Positions 13,774 to 17,832 of a DNA stretch of 17,832 nucleotides are shown here, piece by piece. Under the pieces are notes generated by a model, which was not told the DNA's origin, searched no databases, and saw only the letters and a program-made list of their open reading frames with translations. The position numbers were made by a program, and so were the translations under genes. The stretch is from a virus (lineage: Duplodnaviria > Heunggongvirae > Uroviricota > Caudoviricetes). Where the stretch lies: IMG/VR virus record IMGVR_UViG_2703718823_000018; one strand, 5' to 3'. The first letter of the stretch is position 1. Each line of letters opens with the position of its first letter.

Positions 13774-13958
13774 CTTCAGCATTTGCACTGGTGATGACCG
13801 TTTTTCTTATAACGGGTGAGCCACAAAATGTGATTACCGGAATTTATGACAGTAAGTCATCCTGCATTCAGGTAAGGGACGAACAAAAAATCCCCGGTGA
13901 ATGCCTCCCGTTAAAAAAAGTATCGCTGAACCTGAATAACGAAATACCGGCTGGATAA
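13770..13958 (+). CDS. ydfD: YdfD-like small membrane protein (62 aa)
   Basis: GTG start overlapping the dicB stop (GTGA). N-terminal hydrophobic segment SAFALVMTVFLITGEP and ...EQKIPGEC...EIPAG resemble Qin YdfD as I recall it. Confidence 0.6.
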   Translation: MTSAFALVMTVFLITGEPQNVITGIYDSKSSCIQVRDEQKIPGECLPLKKVSLNLNNEIPAG

Positions 13959-14053
13959 CCCGCCAGCCATATTAACGCCATACCAACGGATTAAAAATGC
14001 CAGCAATGGCAGGGATTCGTTCACCCTGAAATCTGTAATGAGGTTAAAACAAA

Positions 14054-16525
14054 ATGAGTAAAGTCTTTATTTGCGCCGCTATTCCTGACGAACTGGCAAC
14101 AAGGGAAGAAGGCGCTGTGGCTGTAGCCACAGCCATTGAAGCTGGCGACGAACGCCGTGCTCGAGCAAAATTTCACTGGCAATTCCTGGAACATTATCCG
14201 GCTGCTCAGGACTGCGCTTATAAATTTATTGTCTGCGAGGATAAACCCGGCATACCCCGCCCTGCCCTCGATTCCTGGGATACCGAATATATGCAGGAAA
14301 ATCGCTGGGATGAGGAGTCAGCTTCCTTTGTACCGGTCGAACCTGAATCCGATCCGATGAACGTCAATTTTGACAAGCTGTCCCCTGAAGTACAGAACGC
14401 AGTCCTGGTTAAATTCGACACATGCGAAAACATCACCGTTGATATGGTGATTAGCGCACAGGAATTACTACAGGAAGACATGGCAACATTCGGCGGACAT
14501 ATCGTTGAAGCGTTTATGAAAATGCCAGAAGTTAACTCCATGTATCCTGAACTTAAACTGCATGCCATCGGGTGGGTTAAGCATAAATGTGAGCCTGGCG
14601 CTAAATGGCCTGAAATTCAGGCAGAGATGCGCATCTGGAAAAAACGCCGCGAAGGTGAACGCAAGGAAACCGGAAAATACACGTCTGTTGTTGATCTCGC
14701 CCGTTCCAGAGTAAACCAACAGAACACTGAAAACGCTGCTGAAAAAAACGGAGCTGTCACTGTTGCCGTTCGCCGCGAATACAAACAGACATGGAAAACT
14801 CTCGACAATGAGCTGGCCTGCGCCCTCTGGCCCGGTGATGTGGATGCGGGAAACATTGACGGCAGCATCCATCGCTGGGCAAAAAATGAAGTTATCGACA
14901 ACGACCGCGAAGACTGGAAGCGTATCTCGGCATCAATGCGCAAACAGCCTGAAGCACTTGGCTATGACCGTCAGACTATTTTTGGCCTTGTCCGTGAACG
15001 TCCGATCGACATTCACAAAGATCCCGTGGCGCTGAACAAATACATCACTGAATACCTGACTACAAAGGGCGTGTTTGAAGATGAAGGAACAAATCAGAGC
15101 ACAACTAATACTCTCCCGTCGCCAGTACCAGAAGCTGATGCAGTGGAAACGGCAATGCCGGACAACGAAAAAACCGAATGCAAAGTGGAAGTCGAACCAT
15201 CTGTAGAGCGTGAGGGGCCGTTCTATTTCCTCTTCACCGACAAGGATGGCGAAAAATACGGTCGCGCAAACAAACTTTCTGGTCTGGATAAGGCGCTGGC
15301 TGCCGGGGCAACTGAAATCACGAAAGAAGAATATTTTGCCCGCAAAAACGGCACATACACAGGTTCACAACAAAATACTGATGCATCTGACACGACCGCA
15401 CAACCAGACCTGGTAAAAGTTACCGCTGACGAAGTAAACAAAATTATGCAGGCAGCCAGTATCAGCCAGCCTGACGCCGATAAGTTGCTTGCTGCCTCTC
15501 GCGGAGAATTTGTTGCAGGGATTAGCGACCCGAATGATCCGAAATGGGTAAAGGGGATTGAAACCCGCGATTCTGTAGACCAGAACCAGCAAGAATCGGA
15601 ACAGAACGACCAGAAAGCGGAACAAAACAGCCCAAATGCGTTACAAAACGAGCCAGAAACGAAACAACCTGAACCAGTAGTGCAACAGGAACCGGAAAAG
15701 ATCTGCACCGCCTGCGGTCAGACCGGCGGCGGCAACTGCCCTGATTGTGGCGCGGTGATGGGCGACGCAACATACCAGGAAACATTCGATGAAGAGTATC
15801 AGGTTGAAGTTCAGGAAGATGATCCGGAGGAAATGGAAGGCGCTGAACATCCACACAAGGAGAATGCTGGCAGCGCTCAGGATCACGCCAGCGATAGTGA
15901 AACTGGCGAGACGGCAGATCCCTTAATTACGGTGAACGGTCATCACGTTATCACATCCACCAGCAGGTTGTGGCACCATCTGATGATTGACCTTGAAACC
16001 ATGGGAAAAAATCCTGATGCCCCGATCATCTCAATAGGTGCAATATTTTTCGATCCGCAAACCGGAGATATGGGACCGGAATTTAGTAAGACTATCGATC
16101 TGGAAACTGCTGGCGGGGTCATTGATCGGGACACCATTAAATGGTGGCTTAAGCAATCACGCGAAGCGCAATCTGCCATTATGACCGATGAAATCCCGTT
16201 AGATGATGCACTGTTACAATTGCGGGAATTTATCGACGAAAACTCCGGTGAATTTTTTGTTCAGGTCTGGGGAAATGGAGCCAACTTCGACAACACGATT
16301 TTGCGCCGTTCATACGAACGGCAGGGGATCCCCTGCCCGTGGCGTTACTACAACGATCGCGATGTACGCACAATCGTTGAGCTGGGGAAAGCCATAGACT
16401 TCGATGCCAGAACTGTTACCCCATTCGAAGGTGAGCGCCATAATGCACTTGATGACGCCCGTTATCAGGCAAAATACGTTTCAGCTATCTGGCAAAAACT
16501 GATCCCGAGTCAGGCTGATTTTTAA
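14054..16525 (+). CDS. Large multidomain protein (823 aa) with C-terminal DEDDh 3'-5' exonuclease domain; possibly the full-length counterpart of K-12 ydfE
   Basis: Uninterrupted 2472-nt ORF. C-terminal about 200 aa carry DnaQ-like motifs: Exo I MIDLETMG, Exo II WGNGANFD, Exo III HNALDDARY. A C-x2-C-x8-C-x2-C zinc ribbon (CTACGQTGGGNCPDCG) and an acidic Q/E-rich linker precede it. N-terminal about 550 aa unrecognised. Confidence 0.8.
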   Translation: MSKVFICAAIPDELATREEGAVAVATAIEAGDERRARAKFHWQFLEHYPAAQDCAYKFIVCEDKPGIPRPALDSWDTEYMQENRWDEESASFVPVEPESDPMNVNFDKLSPEVQNAVLVKFDTCENITVDMVISAQELLQEDMATFGGHIVEAFMKMPEVNSMYPELKLHAIGWVKHKCEPGAKWPEIQAEMRIWKKRREGERKETGKYTSVVDLARSRVNQQNTENAAEKNGAVTVAVRREYKQTWKTLDNELACALWPGDVDAGNIDGSIHRWAKNEVIDNDREDWKRISASMRKQPEALGYDRQTIFGLVRERPIDIHKDPVALNKYITEYLTTKGVFEDEGTNQSTTNTLPSPVPEADAVETAMPDNEKTECKVEVEPSVEREGPFYFLFTDKDGEKYGRANKLSGLDKALAAGATEITKEEYFARKNGTYTGSQQNTDASDTTAQPDLVKVTADEVNKIMQAASISQPDADKLLAASRGEFVAGISDPNDPKWVKGIETRDSVDQNQQESEQNDQKAEQNSPNALQNEPETKQPEPVVQQEPEKICTACGQTGGGNCPDCGAVMGDATYQETFDEEYQVEVQEDDPEEMEGAEHPHKENAGSAQDHASDSETGETADPLITVNGHHVITSTSRLWHHLMIDLETMGKNPDAPIISIGAIFFDPQTGDMGPEFSKTIDLETAGGVIDRDTIKWWLKQSREAQSAIMTDEIPLDDALLQLREFIDENSGEFFVQVWGNGANFDNTILRRSYERQGIPCPWRYYNDRDVRTIVELGKAIDFDARTVTPFEGERHNALDDARYQAKYVSAIWQKLIPSQADF

Positions 16526-16592
16526 TGTTCAACCCATATCGCCGCCCACCAGCTATAGTGGCGGCGGTCATGCTGTAAAGGCACGTGACCAC

Positions 16593-16835
16593 ATGTACGA
16601 ATTAACTCTATCTCCAGCAGAGATTAAAGAGATCACGAAATACGAGCGATACACAAAACAGCAACACCAGTTAAGACTGCACGGCATCCCATTTGTAATC
16701 GGTCCTAAAAACGAACCAATAGTTCTACGCAGGGATATTCCACACGGACTGACAACGATGCCAAAAACATCTGAACTGGTTTCTGCTGAACCCGATTTTG
16801 AGGCACTGAACAATGGGAAGACCAAGAAAAAATAA
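16593..16835 (+). CDS. Putative excisionase-like protein (80 aa)
   Basis: Small ORF immediately upstream of the integrase, overlapping it by 23 nt; basic C-terminal tail. Assignment rests mainly on position; RBS is weak. Confidence 0.4.
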   Translation: MYELTLSPAEIKEITKYERYTKQQHQLRLHGIPFVIGPKNEPIVLRRDIPHGLTTMPKTSELVSAEPDFEALNNGKTKKK

Positions 16836-17832
16836 AAAAGATAATGTACTGCCACCGCGGGTTAGATCGAATGGTTACAGTTACGTGTGGAAACCAGAAG
16901 GAAGTACAAGAACTATAGGGCTAGGAAGAGTGCGGAAAACCAGCGTAGCTAAAGTCTGGCAAAATTATGAACTGGAAAAAGCAAAACTCCACAACATAAT
17001 GACCGTAGCTAAATTATGGCACATGTTTATGGACTCCCCTGCATTTACAGAACTGGCCCCCCGAACCCAAAAAGATTATCGACAACATCAGAAGGCGTTG
17101 CTGATGGTATTCGGAAAAGTGCTTGCTGATAATGTCAAAACTGAGCAGGTAAGAATTTTCATGGATAAACGAGGGCTTGAGAGCAAGACCCAGGCAAATC
17201 ATGAACTGGCAAGCCTGAGTCGAGTATACGGGTGGGGATATGAGCGTGGATACGTGAAGAATAACCCATGTAAAGGAGTCAGAAAATTCTCTCTTAAAGC
17301 CCGCACTGTTTACATCACCGATGAACAGTATGCAGCGATATATGCGGAAGCAATTCCACAGTTACGCATTGCAATGGAGATTTCCTATCTCTGTGCGGCA
17401 AGGCTCGGTGATGTGCTTGAGTTGAAATGGCAGGATATTATGGATAAAGGGATCTACATTGAGCAAAACAAAACCGGCACCAAACAAATCAAGGAATGGT
17501 CACCGCGATTACGTACAGCGATCCAGTTAGCCCGAAATGTATCTTCCTGTACATGCGAATATGTGATCAATACAACCAAAGGCGGGAAAGTCATAGCTAA
17601 AACGCTGAACAACTGGTGGAATCAGGCTAAACGCTCAGCCGAGCAAAAAGTTGGCGTTCCGTTCGGGTGCAATTTTCACGACATAAAAGCCAAGGGGATC
17701 TCAGATTACGAAGGCAGCAGTCGCGACAAACAAATTTTCAGCGGGCATAAAACAGAAAATCAGGTGTTGATTTACGATCGTAAAACAAAAATCACACCAA
17801 CACTGGATCTGCCGCTCGTGGTTAGCAAGTAG
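16813..17832 (+). CDS. Tyrosine site-specific recombinase (phage integrase), 339 aa
   Basis: C-terminal catalytic region with AARLGD, FHDIKAKG and SGHKTENQVLIYDR (catalytic Tyr); the last block resembles the lambda Int C-terminus. Stop codon TAG is the last three bases of the window. Confidence 0.85.
   Translation: MGRPRKNKKDNVLPPRVRSNGYSYVWKPEGSTRTIGLGRVRKTSVAKVWQNYELEKAKLHNIMTVAKLWHMFMDSPAFTELAPRTQKDYRQHQKALLMVFGKVLADNVKTEQVRIFMDKRGLESKTQANHELASLSRVYGWGYERGYVKNNPCKGVRKFSLKARTVYITDEQYAAIYAEAIPQLRIAMEISYLCAARLGDVLELKWQDIMDKGIYIEQNKTGTKQIKEWSPRLRTAIQLARNVSSCTCEYVINTTKGGKVIAKTLNNWWNQAKRSAEQKVGVPFGCNFHDIKAKGISDYEGSSRDKQIFSGHKTENQVLIYDRKTKITPTLDLPLVVSK

Larger units (their letters stand above)
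1..17832. mobile_element. Segment of a lambdoid (Qin/Dic-type) prophage: late-region boundary through replication and immunity regions to xis-int
   Basis: Gene content and order read from translations: Q-like, rusA, DUF968, hok, O/P with iterons, dicC/dicA divergent pair, DicF, dicB, integrase at the right end. Attachment sites are not in the window. Confidence 0.85.

Noticed and set aside
14136-16179. Several ORFs of 64-161 aa on both strands inside 14054-16525
   Set aside because: All are nested in alternative frames of the 823-aa gene, which is uninterrupted and carries exonuclease motifs; no independent start signals.

Overview
The window reads as roughly half of an apparently intact lambdoid prophage of the Qin/Dic type (Enterobacteriaceae, E. 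coli-like), running from the late-region boundary on the left to the integrase on the right. All names below come from reading the translations against remembered protein families; no database search was run. Minus-strand 'rightward' operon, high to low coordinate: dicC-like Cro, YdaT-like protein, replication O (origin iterons inside the gene) and P, a tightly coupled chain of small uncharacterised genes, a hokD-like type I toxin, rem-like, a 92-aa ORF, DUF968/ydfU-like, rusA, a Q-like antiterminator, terminators, an orphan DNA methyltransferase, three tRNAs (Ile2-CAU, Arg-UCG, Arg-UCU) and the start of a nanS-p-like esterase. Plus-strand 'leftward' operon: dicA-like repressor, ydfA-like, an AT-rich 124-aa ORF, DicF sRNA, dicB-like division inhibitor, ydfD-like, an 823-aa protein with a C-terminal DEDDh exonuclease domain, xis-like and a complete tyrosine integrase ending at the window edge. 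No CRISPR, rRNA or transposase was seen. The best candidates for something undescribed are the 823-aa exonuclease with no annealase partner, two tandem small acidic ORFs (one absent from the ORF track), the AT-rich 124-aa ORF in the DicA-repressed operon, and a small membrane-protein ORF in an AT-rich island next to hok; none can be confirmed from sequence alone.
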